Virus record (IMG/VR): IMGVR_UViG_3300025297_000002
Direction: 5' to 3' (one strand)
Length of the DNA stretch: 40,430 nt
From: a virus
Below are positions 1 to 8,907 of the stretch, piece by piece; the stretch's first letter is position 1; the number at the start of each line of letters is the position of its first letter. The notes beneath the pieces were generated by a model, which saw only the letters and a list, made by a program, of their open reading frames with translations, was not told the origin of the DNA and ran no database searches. The position numbers and the translations under genes were made by a program.

Positions 1-127
1 CCTGCACACCAGCCATAGGCCCCGAGCCGCCGAAGCGGTTGCCGAAGCTGCGCAGCATGTTTTGAACCGGCGAGCCCTCGACCACCCTTTCCATCTGCCC
101 CAGCTCCTCGGGCGAGTAGGGATTGAA
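1..127. repeat. Terminal overlap copy 1, identical to 40304..40430
   Basis: Read directly: cctgcacaccagccatagg...gagtagggattgaa occurs at both window ends and lies inside a CDS. Confidence 0.95.
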
Positions 128-1324
128 GCGGCCGGGCTGGGTCGACTTGTCGACCACCGAGCGGATGTTTTGCCTGATCGGGTTGTCGATGTTGGTTCCC
201 GAGGCGGTGCTGTCTGAGCGCCTCGTCGCCTTGTCGAGCCGCCAGCCGATATCACCGGCCGTGTTTGCGGTGCGCCAGAGCCGGCGCGCCTCGGCCCACA
301 TCGGGCCGACTTGATCGCCTGGGATATTCGACAGCGCCGGCTGTTGGTTGCTCACGAAACCGTCGATGCCGTTCATGATCATGCCGGCCACGCGGCGCAC
401 GTTCGGGTCGGGATTGGTTGCGTTGCCCGAGGCTTGCGAGCGGATCATCTGGAGCGTTTCCAGGCTCACCGGCTGGCCGGCGAGATCGCGCAAGCGCCGC
501 ACCACGCCATTGTCGAGCACGGCATGCGCGCCCTGGGGGTCATAGCCGTTCTGGTTAAGGTGCCCGATGATGCTGTTGGTCAGCGCGGTCGATTGGTTGT
601 TGTCATAGGCCACGCCCGCGTTGTCGAGCTGCCGGTAAATGGCGCGCGCCTGATTTTGCAGCTCCTCCGGTGCCGGGCCACGATTGGCGAGGCGCTCGGC
701 GCGGCGCGCGCGGATGCTCGACGGCAACGCCCGGCCGGCCATGCCCAGGAGGCTATGCAGGCCAGCACCGACGAGGCCGCCCACGCCAGCACCGATTGCG
801 CCGCCCTTGGCCGCGCTTTCGAGGTCGTCCGAGTTTTCGGCCGCGCCTTGGATGCCGCCTTGAATGCCGGCATTCTTCGCCGCCTGCCAAAGCGTGTTTT
901 GCACGGCCGAGCGCGCCGGGCCGCCCGACAAGAGGCCGCCAGCCACGCCGGCAGCAGTGCCGCCCCAGCCCGAATTTTCGCGGGCCTGATCCATGAAATC
1001 TTGATAGCTGCCGGTGCCGGCTTTCCAGCCCTCACTAAAGCTTTGCGGTTGATTGCCTGGGTCGACGCCCAGCGCACCCTTGATCATGCCGCCCAGGCCC
1101 TCGGCGAGGCCAGCAGTCGGCTTTTGCAGGCCGAGGGTGAAGGCGTCGGAAAACACATCCTTTGCGCCGCCGGCACCGAGCGCGCCGCGCGCGATCTTGC
1201 GCAAGCGCTGCGCGCGGATTTCCTCGGGCGTCGGCTCGGCCGGCACGAGGTCATCGAATGCGCCCTTGGGGCCGCCGGTCTTGGCGACGCTGCCGGGAAT
1301 GAGATCGTCGAAAGCTCCAGCCAT
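1..1324 (-). CDS. Gly/Ala-rich internal virion (ejection) protein, N-terminal part of a 548-aa ORF that continues at 39981..40303 through the circular junction
   Basis: ATG at 1322-1324 overlaps the upstream stop (TGATG). My translation begins MAGAFDDLIPGSVAKTGG. The frame stays open to nt 1 and is in phase with ORF 39981..40397. The ORF track misses it because it runs off the window. Confidence 0.75.
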   Translation of the reverse strand, partial: MAGAFDDLIPGSVAKTGGPKGAFDDLVPAEPTPEEIRAQRLRKIARGALGAGGAKDVFSDAFTLGLQKPTAGLAEGLGGMIKGALGVDPGNQPQSFSEGWKAGTGSYQDFMDQARENSGWGGTAAGVAGGLLSGGPARSAVQNTLWQAAKNAGIQGGIQGAAENSDDLESAAKGGAIGAGVGGLVGAGLHSLLGMAGRALPSSIRARRAERLANRGPAPEELQNQARAIYRQLDNAGVAYDNNQSTALTNSIIGHLNQNGYDPQGAHAVLDNGVVRRLRDLAGQPVSLETLQMIRSQASGNATNPDPNVRRVAGMIMNGIDGFVSNQQPALSNIPGDQVGPMWAEARRLWRTANTAGDIGWRLDKATRRSDSTASGTNIDNPIRQNIRSVVDKSTQPGRFNPYSPEELGQMERVVEGSPVQNMLRSFGNRFGGSGPMAGVQ

Positions 1325-2610
1325 CACAGTTTACTCGGATCAATGCCTTTCTCGACGAGGCGCTTTTTCACAAGCGCGGGGTCGGCGCGGGCCGCGATGG
1401 CATCGCGGGCCTGCTGCAACAGCGCCGCTTCTTCCTCGGGCGCGGGCTTTACCGCCGCCGCGTCCTGGGGAAGGTCGCCGCCCAGGTCTTTGATGCGCTG
1501 GCCCTGCAATTCGTTGAACGAGCGCGCCCTGGCGAGCATCGTGTCGATCTGCCGGGCCTTGATGGCGGGGTCGATGCTCGGGTCGTTCATGATCTCGATG
1601 AAGCGGGCCATTTCGGTGTCGGTGGTCGCGCCCTTGAGGGTTTGCGACATCGCCTTGATGGCCTCGCCGGTCATGATCGAATTGTATTCTTTCGTCCGGT
1701 CGGCCGCCGCCTTCTCGGCCTCGCCGGTCATGCCAGCGTTGCCGGCATAGGTGCGCATGCCGGCGGTGTATCCGGTGTTGATGCCCTGTTTCAGGAGGTC
1801 GCCGGCATGCTCCAGTTGGCCGATGGTCGAGCGGGTGTTGATGTACTCGTCTTGCTGGCCCCAAAGGGCTTTGCGGTCGGCGTTGACGCCGGCCGGCGTC
1901 GGGATGGCGTTCGCCTTCTTGATCGCCTCGTCGCGCAGCGCCTGGGCCTCGGGCGTGTTCGGGTCGCCATAGGCACCGTTTTTGAAATCCAGATTGATCT
2001 CGCCCACGGTCGATTTCGGCACGGCGGCGGCGGCAGCTCGGGCGGCCTCGGCCTGCTGGCGCGCGAAGTCTTGCGACCGCTCTTGCTGGCCCGCCTGGAA
2101 AGTCTGCGACTTGTCGGTCTGGCCGCTCTGGAAAGCCTCCTGTTCCTTGCGCGCGGCCTCGGCCCGCTGTGCAGCGGCGGCAGTGTCCGACACTGACCAC
2201 TCGCGATCTTGCGAGCGCTCGGCGTTGTGCTGGGCGAGCTGGGCCGCTTCGCGCCGCGCCTGGATAGACTGGGCCATGAGTTTGAGGCCGAGGTCGGGGT
2301 CGAGCGAAAAGGCCTGCCCGAGCTGATCTTGCGACGGGCCGGCGGTCGGATCGATGCCGCCGATGATTTGGGCGAGCTGGTGGCGGGCGTCGGCCATCTG
2401 GCCTTGAACGCTGCGCTGCTGCAATGCGTTGGCGAGCTTCTCGCCGACATAGGCGGCACCCTGCCAGGGCGATTGCATGTTGCGGTTTGCGCTGATGCCG
2501 CCGGCCGCCTCGGCGAGTGCCTTCTGGCGCGCCATGAGGGCGTCGAGCGTCATATCGGGCGCGTCGCCGGTCGGGGTGCCGGCGCTGGTGAAAGAGGCGA
2601 TGCGGGCCAT
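1324..2610 (-). CDS. Internal virion / ejection protein (428 aa, Q/A-rich coiled-coil-like)
   Basis: Track ORF. TAATG overlap with the upstream gene. Sits between the SLT protein and the next ejection protein. Confidence 0.6.
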   Translation of the reverse strand: MARIASFTSAGTPTGDAPDMTLDALMARQKALAEAAGGISANRNMQSPWQGAAYVGEKLANALQQRSVQGQMADARHQLAQIIGGIDPTAGPSQDQLGQAFSLDPDLGLKLMAQSIQARREAAQLAQHNAERSQDREWSVSDTAAAAQRAEAARKEQEAFQSGQTDKSQTFQAGQQERSQDFARQQAEAARAAAAAVPKSTVGEINLDFKNGAYGDPNTPEAQALRDEAIKKANAIPTPAGVNADRKALWGQQDEYINTRSTIGQLEHAGDLLKQGINTGYTAGMRTYAGNAGMTGEAEKAAADRTKEYNSIMTGEAIKAMSQTLKGATTDTEMARFIEIMNDPSIDPAIKARQIDTMLARARSFNELQGQRIKDLGGDLPQDAAAVKPAPEEEAALLQQARDAIAARADPALVKKRLVEKGIDPSKL

Positions 2611-3455
2611 TAGAACAGCCTCCCGCTGTTGAGGCGCTGAATTGCCAGGGCGAGCAACTGGCGCTGTTGGTCGGCGGCCTGGGGGTCGATTGGCGATACT
2701 GGCGCGGGGGCGTCGAGGCGCGCCGCCGCGACCGGCGCGGAGTGCATGGCACCACCACCGCCACCACCGCCCGAGCTGTAGGCGTCGCCCATCGCCGACA
2801 GGCCTTCGCCCAGGGCGGAGAGCAAACCTTTCTTCTTTGGCGCTGCCGGGGCCGCTCCAGGCGTTCCGGCTTGCCCGGCCATGGTCGAGGCCAGGGCGTT
2901 GCGCCCGCCCGCCAGAGGCGGCTGCATGGCCGGATTAACAGGGTCCGAACCGTAGCCGCCGCCTGCGGCCTCGACAGGGCCTTGCGGGCGCGTCGAGTAG
3001 CCGGCCGGCACAATGCGCTCGTCGCCCTTCGGGCCATCCATGACGGGCGGCGCGCCGCCGTAGGGTGCGGGCGCATCGCCGGGGCGGCGGCTGATGCCTT
3101 CGAAGCCGGTAATCCCCTTGGCCTTCGCGCCGTACCATTGGCCCCAGCCCTTTTGCGAGGCCTCGTTAAGGGCGTAGTCGACGCCGCCCTGCCAATTCTC
3201 GCGCGGATCGATGCCGGCGGCGAGCGCGCGGTCACCCAGGCCGGCCCCGGTGCCGCTGATGTAGAGCTGAAACGGGCCGAACGAATTTTCGAGCGCGCCG
3301 AAGGTCCGCAATTGGCTGCGCGGGGCCTTCCCCTCGCCATGACGGAAGGGGTTGAAAAGCCCGCCCTCGCCGGTCGCAACCGTCACCGCGACATCGGGGT
3401 CGACGCCGTAGAGGGGTGCGCGCTGGCGGATATAGGCTTCAACCGGGCTGACCAT
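2610..3455 (-). CDS. Internal virion protein with a soluble lytic transglycosylase (SLT)-like domain
   Basis: N-terminus ...VATGEGGL...ENSFGPFQLY...YAL.. resembles the SLT catalytic Glu and GLMQ-type motifs. GGAGG RBS. Same position as T7 gp16 / P22 ejection proteins. Confidence 0.75.
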   Translation of the reverse strand: MVSPVEAYIRQRAPLYGVDPDVAVTVATGEGGLFNPFRHGEGKAPRSQLRTFGALENSFGPFQLYISGTGAGLGDRALAAGIDPRENWQGGVDYALNEASQKGWGQWYGAKAKGITGFEGISRRPGDAPAPYGGAPPVMDGPKGDERIVPAGYSTRPQGPVEAAGGGYGSDPVNPAMQPPLAGGRNALASTMAGQAGTPGAAPAAPKKKGLLSALGEGLSAMGDAYSSGGGGGGGAMHSAPVAAARLDAPAPVSPIDPQAADQQRQLLALAIQRLNSGRLF

Positions 3456-3458
3456 GGC

Positions 3459-3803
3459 CTAACGACCTCCCCAGCCGCCACCGCCGGCCGAGCCGCCGCG
3501 ACCACCGGCCGAGCCCTCGCCGCCGCGCATGGCCTGGGCGAGCTTATTGCGGTCGGGTTTGGCCGCCGGTGGCGCTGCCGCCTGCTGCGGCGGTGCCTGG
3601 ACGCCGATGCTCGGGCGGTTCTGATACATCTGATCGATGGCCGCCAGCATGTCGGGCGTGAGCCCAGTCGACGGCGTCGAGGGGTCGCCCAGGAAGTTGA
3701 TAAAGCTCGGCTTGAACGGCACCGACGAGCCGTAAGGCGCGACGTTTGGCGGCGTCGGAACGGCCGGCTGTTCGTAGTTGCTGCTGCCACCGCTAGAGCC
3801 CAT
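3459..3803 (-). CDS. Small Gly/Pro-rich virion-module protein (114 aa)
   Basis: Track ORF, AGGAG RBS, tightly packed in the ejection-protein block. Confidence 0.55.
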   Translation of the reverse strand: MGSSGGSSNYEQPAVPTPPNVAPYGSSVPFKPSFINFLGDPSTPSTGLTPDMLAAIDQMYQNRPSIGVQAPPQQAAAPPAAKPDRNKLAQAMRGGEGSAGGRGGSAGGGGWGGR

Positions 3804-3815
3804 GGTCGCGATCTC

Positions 3816-4745
3816 CTACAGGAACGGCAAGGCGCTAAGGAACGAGCCGCCCAGGCCGAAAATGCCCTGGTTGGTCGCGTTGGCCGCTTGCACTTGGTTC
3901 TGGTAATTCTGGCTGATGTAGTCGCCGACAGGGGCCGCGTTGATGCCCTGGCGCGAAAACGGCGAGAATTGCGGGATGGTGACTTGGCCCATGCCCATCA
4001 GCGCCGCGATCTCGTTCGGCAGCTCGGCGCGCAAGGCCGTGTCGCTCTGTTGCTGGGCCTGCCGAAGCTGGTTGCCGAAGCCGGCATAATCCGCGCCCAT
4101 CTGATACTTTTGCAGGGCGGCCTGGTTATAGGCGTTTTGGGCCGCGCGGCTCTCATCGCCGGAAGCCAGATAGGCCTGATTGGTGGCGTCGGTGAGCGCC
4201 CGCTGGCGGGTGTCGTCGACCGACGAATATTGCGCCGAGCCGGGGGTGAGGCCGCGCGCGGCGAGCTGCGCATCCTGGGCCGCGTTCTGCTTGCCCGAGG
4301 TTTCGAGATAGCGGCTCATCATCGCTTGCTGGACGGCGTTCCGGTCGGTCGGGGCCTGATCCTGGCGCACCTCGCCGGGGGCCTGGGCCATCTGCCACGA
4401 TTGCCACTTGCTCGGGTCGAGCTGGGTCTTGAACATATCGGCGAGCTGCGACGAGGCAGTCACCGCCGCTTGCCCGGCGTTGCCCTTGGCCTGGGTTTCC
4501 AGGCCGAGCAATTTCATTTGATCGGGCGACAGCGACGTGGTGCGCGTGTAGCGCGGCACATATTGCGGCTTGCCCTTGGCGTCATAAACGACCTCGTAGC
4601 CGGAATTTTGATAGTTCACCGAGCCGTAGGGATTGACCTCATTCGGGTTGTTGATGATGCCCGAGGCCGCAGACGCGCCCAGGTCGGAAGCCTGTTGCGC
4701 GGCGGCCTGATCGTAGGGATTGGGCGGCTTAGGAGTGGAGGCCAT
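3816..4745 (-). CDS. Q/A-rich virion-module protein (309 aa)
   Basis: Internal ATG at 4745 (MASTPKPPNPYD...) with a GGAGAA RBS. The upstream 65 codons of the track ORF are Arg/Ser-rich and overlap the GNAT gene. Confidence 0.6.
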   Translation of the reverse strand: MASTPKPPNPYDQAAAQQASDLGASAASGIINNPNEVNPYGSVNYQNSGYEVVYDAKGKPQYVPRYTRTTSLSPDQMKLLGLETQAKGNAGQAAVTASSQLADMFKTQLDPSKWQSWQMAQAPGEVRQDQAPTDRNAVQQAMMSRYLETSGKQNAAQDAQLAARGLTPGSAQYSSVDDTRQRALTDATNQAYLASGDESRAAQNAYNQAALQKYQMGADYAGFGNQLRQAQQQSDTALRAELPNEIAALMGMGQVTIPQFSPFSRQGINAAPVGDYISQNYQNQVQAANATNQGIFGLGGSFLSALPFL

Positions 4746-5220
4746 AGGACGCTTCTCCGAGGGGGAAGGGCGCGGGGGCCGGCTGAGGTCGGACGCCGGG
4801 CAAAAACCGGCAATCCTCGCGCAGCATGCCGAACATGAGCGCGTCGCGGTGCCCTTCGACGCCCTTGCGGATGAAACCCTCGTAAACGAAGCCGAGCCGG
4901 CGCATTTGCGCGATGGCGCGGTGGTTGTCGGGGGCGACAAGCGCCGTCACGCGGACAGCCCGCGAAAACAGCGCCGTGAAGATCGTGCGCAGCAGGCGCT
5001 TTGACATGAAGCGCTGATCGGCGATGGCGCACGAGAAATGAACGTCGAACCACGTCTTGAACTCGCAAGCGAGCACGCCCATCAGCGAACCGTCGTCGCG
5101 GCGCTGGGTGATGCAAAACCAATGCGGCTTGTCGAAATCGATGCGGCGATAATCGATGCCGGTTTCTTCCGACAGGAAGTCGACCGCGCCGGCGTCGAGG
5201 GGCGAGAAATCCGGCTTCAT
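4729..5220 (-). CDS. GNAT-family N-acetyltransferase (163 aa) embedded in the tail/ejection module
   Basis: ATGA overlap with the upstream stop at 5217-5220. C-terminal ...VTALVAPDNHRAIAQMRRLGFVYEGFIRKG... is a typical GNAT acetyl-CoA-binding core. Confidence 0.75.
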   Translation of the reverse strand: MKPDFSPLDAGAVDFLSEETGIDYRRIDFDKPHWFCITQRRDDGSLMGVLACEFKTWFDVHFSCAIADQRFMSKRLLRTIFTALFSRAVRVTALVAPDNHRAIAQMRRLGFVYEGFIRKGVEGHRDALMFGMLREDCRFLPGVRPQPAPAPFPLGEASYGLHS

Positions 5221-6818
5221 CCGAAAATGCTCCCTGTTTCGAAAAGCACATCCCAGCCCGACAGGGCGAACTCGGCGTTTTGGATTGAGGCCAGGGTGCG
5301 CGGCGCGCCCACGCTGCCGAGGCGCGCGACGCCCGACCAATTGGTGTGAACGTCAACGCCGGCCGCCCAGGCGTCGACATCCCAGGTCGCCAAATCCCAG
5401 GTCGCGCCGGTGTCGGCGAACGTCACATCCGGTTGATTGGTCGGCGGGCTGAGATCGTAATCCACCTTCATGTCGACGAAGGGTCGCGGGGTGCCGTTCG
5501 ATTGGATGTACGGCCGAACCATCTTGAATTGCTTGACGGCCGGGGTGCCGTAATTCTGCCAAGCGGGCTGCACGTCGACGTTGATAGGGTTGCCGTTGTC
5601 GTTAAGGAACGACGCGGCCATTTCGTAAACCTTGCCGTCATCCGAGCCGAAAAAAACGCGCTGGTTTTGCCAGCCCCAGCACCGCGACGGAATGGCGCTC
5701 CAGCTCGCCCACTGGCCGCCCGGCATGTTGCGCACGAGCTGGCGATAGTTGTTCGGTGAGCCCTGGGGCGTGTTGCAGTAAATCCGACCATCAGAGGGGT
5801 TTAGGAAGGCTTCCCAGCCCGCGCGGCTGCGATAGGCGGCGGCGGCAAGAAACTCGCTCACGATGTTCTTGTCGGTGTTGCCGAGCTGCTCGGTTTCGGC
5901 GCGCATCAGCGTCGACATCGGCACGAGGCCGGTCGAGATCAGGACATACAAATCGCCGCCATAGTTCACCACCGAGTGCTTTGACATCGGACTATCGAAG
6001 CGGAACACGCCCGACAGGCTCATGTCGGTGTCGGGGTCGATGCCCTGCCAAATGGCGCACTCGCCGTTGCTCGTGAAAATGGCGAGCTGGTCGTTGAGAT
6101 TGACCGCGCCGTCCGTGGTCCAAGTCATCATGGCGCGGATGGTGCCGCCGCGCTTGAAGACGGCATTGAGCGGAAGATATTTGACCTCACCCGCCTTCTG
6201 CTGGAGCGGGAGGTAATAGACGGCCAGATTTGCGCCGTCCGCGAACCAAAGCCGGTTGAGGTGCGACAGCACGATCTGGAATTGATCGGGCACAATCCAG
6301 GGGTTGCCAGCCGGCGCGGTCACGGCCTCCTGCACGAGCCCGCCGTTGGTGCCATCCCAGCTCCAAACGCCATTCGCGCCATTGACCATGATCGTGTAAT
6401 CGGTCGACGACAGATTAGCGAAAGAGGTCCACGACCAATCATTGAGCGTGAAGCCGGGGCCGCCCAGGTTGGTGCCGTCGAGCGTGATCAGCTTGCCGTC
6501 GATGGCCGCCGCCATGCGTTGCGGGCTACCGTAGAAAGGCACGAGCGTCTCGACCGCTTTTGCTGGGTTGCTGTAGGCCCAGGTCTGGCCGTAGCCAGGG
6601 CGGCAACGGATAAGGCTCTGTTCGACCACAAAGTTGTCGAGCACCACCGCCGTTAGCGGGTCGCCGGGCGTCAGCTTGGACGATGCCGACAAGCCCTTAA
6701 GCGGCGCGCTGATGTGGCGCACGGCGGCTTGCGAGCCCGGCGGTTTCACCCGCAACGGCTTCGCAAGCGAAAGGTATCGGCTGGGCAACATCCTCACTGG
6801 ACGCGGCCCCCCTGCCAT
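5217..6818 (-). CDS. Tail tube / nozzle-like protein (533 aa; position of T7 gp12 / P22 gp10)
   Basis: Large beta-rich, W/G/N/D-rich protein directly after the adaptor-position gene. Alternative ATG at 6791. Confidence 0.55.
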   Translation of the reverse strand: MAGGPRPVRMLPSRYLSLAKPLRVKPPGSQAAVRHISAPLKGLSASSKLTPGDPLTAVVLDNFVVEQSLIRCRPGYGQTWAYSNPAKAVETLVPFYGSPQRMAAAIDGKLITLDGTNLGGPGFTLNDWSWTSFANLSSTDYTIMVNGANGVWSWDGTNGGLVQEAVTAPAGNPWIVPDQFQIVLSHLNRLWFADGANLAVYYLPLQQKAGEVKYLPLNAVFKRGGTIRAMMTWTTDGAVNLNDQLAIFTSNGECAIWQGIDPDTDMSLSGVFRFDSPMSKHSVVNYGGDLYVLISTGLVPMSTLMRAETEQLGNTDKNIVSEFLAAAAYRSRAGWEAFLNPSDGRIYCNTPQGSPNNYRQLVRNMPGGQWASWSAIPSRCWGWQNQRVFFGSDDGKVYEMAASFLNDNGNPINVDVQPAWQNYGTPAVKQFKMVRPYIQSNGTPRPFVDMKVDYDLSPPTNQPDVTFADTGATWDLATWDVDAWAAGVDVHTNWSGVARLGSVGAPRTLASIQNAEFALSGWDVLFETGSIFG

Positions 6819-7273
6819 CCGTTAATCCAGCCCTGGGGCGTCGCGCCGTACTCGCCAGAGCCGGCCGCCGCGTCGAGGTCGAGCAAGCGGCCATTGACGC
6901 GCGCGGCGGCCTTGTTGAGCCGCGAAACGAAGTCGCGCAGCTCCTCGCCGAACTCCAGGCCCTTGGCTTTCAGGAAACGGTATTTGAGCCCGTCGATTGC
7001 CAGCCTGGGCTCAAAGGCGATCATGTCGCTGTCGGCGGTGATGGCGTCTTTGGGCGCGAGCGTCGAGCCGTCGAGCAACCAATAGCCGTCGCCCAGGGTG
7101 ACCTTGTATGGTTCCTCGTTGAGCACCTCGTCGGCCACGAGCGACAGCAGCGCCAGCATCTGCGCGATGTCCTGGTCGTTGCTGCCCACGGCCGACGAGA
7201 TCGGGCGTTGCGAAATGCCGATCTCTTGCGACGCTTGGCTGATGGCATCTTTGACCGAGATCAGCGCCGGCAT
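6794..7273 (-). CDS. Head-to-tail adaptor-position protein (159 aa; position of P22 gp4 / T7 gp11)
   Basis: Track ORF. The call rests on gene order (capsid, unknown gene, this gene, nozzle) only. Confidence 0.45.
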   Translation of the reverse strand: MPALISVKDAISQASQEIGISQRPISSAVGSNDQDIAQMLALLSLVADEVLNEEPYKVTLGDGYWLLDGSTLAPKDAITADSDMIAFEPRLAIDGLKYRFLKAKGLEFGEELRDFVSRLNKAAARVNGRLLDLDAAAGSGEYGATPQGWINGWQGGRVQ

Positions 7274-7274
7274 G

Positions 7275-7820
7275 TTAGGCCACCCGCTGCTTTAGCGAAT
7301 TGATCATGCTGTTCTGAGCCGAGACGGTCGCCTGTAGCTCCTTCACTTGCTCTTTCAGCACCTCGATTTGCGCGTCGCGGTCGCGCACCTCGGCCTCGAA
7401 TTTTCCGACATTGGCGCTCATGGCGATCATCGCGCGGGCGCGGTCGGCCAGCTCGACGAGATCGCCCGGCATCGCCGTATCGCGGCGGCCGGCATACTTG
7501 GCGAGCTGTTCAACGGTGTTGATGTCGCGGTCGGCGAGCATCTTGAATTGCGACACGCTCACCACCGGCCAGAGCGCCAGGGGAAAGCCGGCCTCGCCGG
7601 GTTGCTGGAGGCGCGCGCCCTGCTCTTTCACGAAAAGCTGATAGGGGCCGGGATAGTCGTCGAAATCCTGCTGGGTGGCCTCGTATTCGACTTGCGTCAG
7701 AGGCGGCACCGATTTGACGATGCGCACGGTCGGCTTGTAGCGCGGCAAGCCGTCGTCGCCGGTGCCATCGGCGGCCCATCCTTCTTTGAACCGGATAAGG
7801 GCCTGGGTTTCTTCTGCCAT
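7275..7820 (-). CDS. Hypothetical virion-module protein with a C-terminal coiled coil (181 aa)
   Basis: Track ORF immediately after the capsid hairpin. C-terminus ...EAEVRDRDAQIEVLKEQVKELQATV... Confidence 0.55.
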   Translation of the reverse strand: MAEETQALIRFKEGWAADGTGDDGLPRYKPTVRIVKSVPPLTQVEYEATQQDFDDYPGPYQLFVKEQGARLQQPGEAGFPLALWPVVSVSQFKMLADRDINTVEQLAKYAGRRDTAMPGDLVELADRARAMIAMSANVGKFEAEVRDRDAQIEVLKEQVKELQATVSAQNSMINSLKQRVA

Positions 7821-7845
7821 GGGGTTTTGCTCCTTTGTGTTGTTC

Positions 7846-7887
7846 GGGCGCGGCGGCAGTCCAAAGGAAGAAACCGCCGCCGCGCCC
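7846..7887 (-). promoter_or_regulatory. Perfect 12-bp GC stem-loop just downstream of the major capsid gene (attenuator / mRNA stabiliser candidate)
   Basis: GGGCGCGGCGGC (7846-57) pairs with GCCGCCGCGCCC (7876-87) around an 18-nt loop. No U-run follows on the transcribed strand. Confidence 0.55.
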
Positions 7888-7909
7888 GCACCGCCTGGGT
7901 GGAGGCGGA

Positions 7910-8863
7910 TTAGGTGCCCGAGATCAGGATGCGGCCCTGGAGGGCGCGATTGGACAGCGTCAGAGCGCCCATGAAGGCGATATGGCGGGTCACTGCATCC
8001 ATGTCGGGGGACTGATCGGGAAGGTCGAGCGGCTGGAAATTCCGGCCCCGGTAAATCTCGAACTTCATGTATTTCGTGTTGATCATGTAGCCGCCGACGA
8101 GGCCGGTTGCTGCACCGTCAAACACGATGGCCGCCTGCTTGTATTTCAGCGTCTCGAAACCGAGCGCGCCGAGGCGGGCGTCGGCATAGCGCTGGTTTTC
8201 CTGCAAGCCGCTTTCGTAGGTCGAATAGACCTCGGTGTCGGCGACGATCAGGTCAGGGTGCTCGGTGCCGCGAACGAGCTTCATCCAAAGCGCGTTCATG
8301 CCGGCTTTGAGGGCCGGATATTGCAGGCCGGTGGCGCGCACGACGTTCTGAAATTGGTTTTTCCAGAAGGTCCACGTCGCGGCGTCGATGCCGCCCACGG
8401 TGCCCAGGCCGTCATCGGTGATGAAGGCTTTGAGGCCGGCGAAGGACTTCGCCACCGTGCCGTCGCCATAGACGGCCTTGGTGATGTTGTTCTTCATGGT
8501 CGACTGGGCGTTGTCGAGCTTGCCCTCCAGCAAGTTGAGGATGCGCTCGCGGCCACGGTTCTTTGCGAGATCGGGGCCGGAAAGCGTCACGGAAGCAACC
8601 GCGTTGGCCGGCGCATAGTCGGCTTCCGAGATCGTCTCCTTGAGGGCGCGCGACAGGAGGTCGGTGCCGCTATACCACGCAAAGGTTTCCTCGGCGTAGG
8701 CGAGCGGGCAGGCGATTGCCTTGCCGCCATCGATGACGCGGACGCGGTCACCCTGGCGCAGAAGCGCGGTGATCGCATTGGAGTTTGAGACGTTGTCGGC
8801 AAACTCCTGATGGTAGTTGTTGATGGTGGTCGCCACCAACTGGGTTACGGTAGGTTCGGCCAT
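7910..8863 (-). CDS. Major capsid protein (317 aa)
   Basis: ATG at 8863 with a GGAG RBS (the track start at 8878 is TTG). Follows the scaffold gene. Composition and motifs (...VTQLVATTINNYHQEF...GGYMINTKYMKFEI...) resemble podovirus HK97-fold coat proteins. Confidence 0.75.
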   Translation of the reverse strand: MAEPTVTQLVATTINNYHQEFADNVSNSNAITALLRQGDRVRVIDGGKAIACPLAYAEETFAWYSGTDLLSRALKETISEADYAPANAVASVTLSGPDLAKNRGRERILNLLEGKLDNAQSTMKNNITKAVYGDGTVAKSFAGLKAFITDDGLGTVGGIDAATWTFWKNQFQNVVRATGLQYPALKAGMNALWMKLVRGTEHPDLIVADTEVYSTYESGLQENQRYADARLGALGFETLKYKQAAIVFDGAATGLVGGYMINTKYMKFEIYRGRNFQPLDLPDQSPDMDAVTRHIAFMGALTLSNRALQGRILISGT

Positions 8864-8907
8864 GACGGGCTCCAACAAGTGAAGGAAGCCCGCGCGGGGT
8901 CATCCCT

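Noticed and set aside
1-127. Reading the terminal repeat as a genuine physical DTR of the virion DNA.
   Set aside because: The repeat falls in the middle of an intact 549-codon ORF, and its length is typical of an assembler k-mer overlap. It is treated as evidence of circular closure only.
1340-3379. A 679-aa minus-strand ORF spanning two annotated genes in another frame.
   Set aside because: The translation is Arg/Pro/Ala-rich and unlike a real protein. The alternative frames give an SLT domain and coupled TAATG/TGATG junctions.
2667-4838. Very long plus-strand ORFs antisense to the structural genes. This 723-aa ORF is the largest. The others are 311..1750, 7835..8788, 13593..14396, 31689..32906, 37374..38537 and 38604..39851.
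   Set aside because: They are Arg/Gly/Ala-rich low-complexity translations with no RBS. Each lies exactly opposite a well-supported minus-strand gene with recognisable domains. This is the usual stop-codon-poor antisense frame of a high-GC genome.
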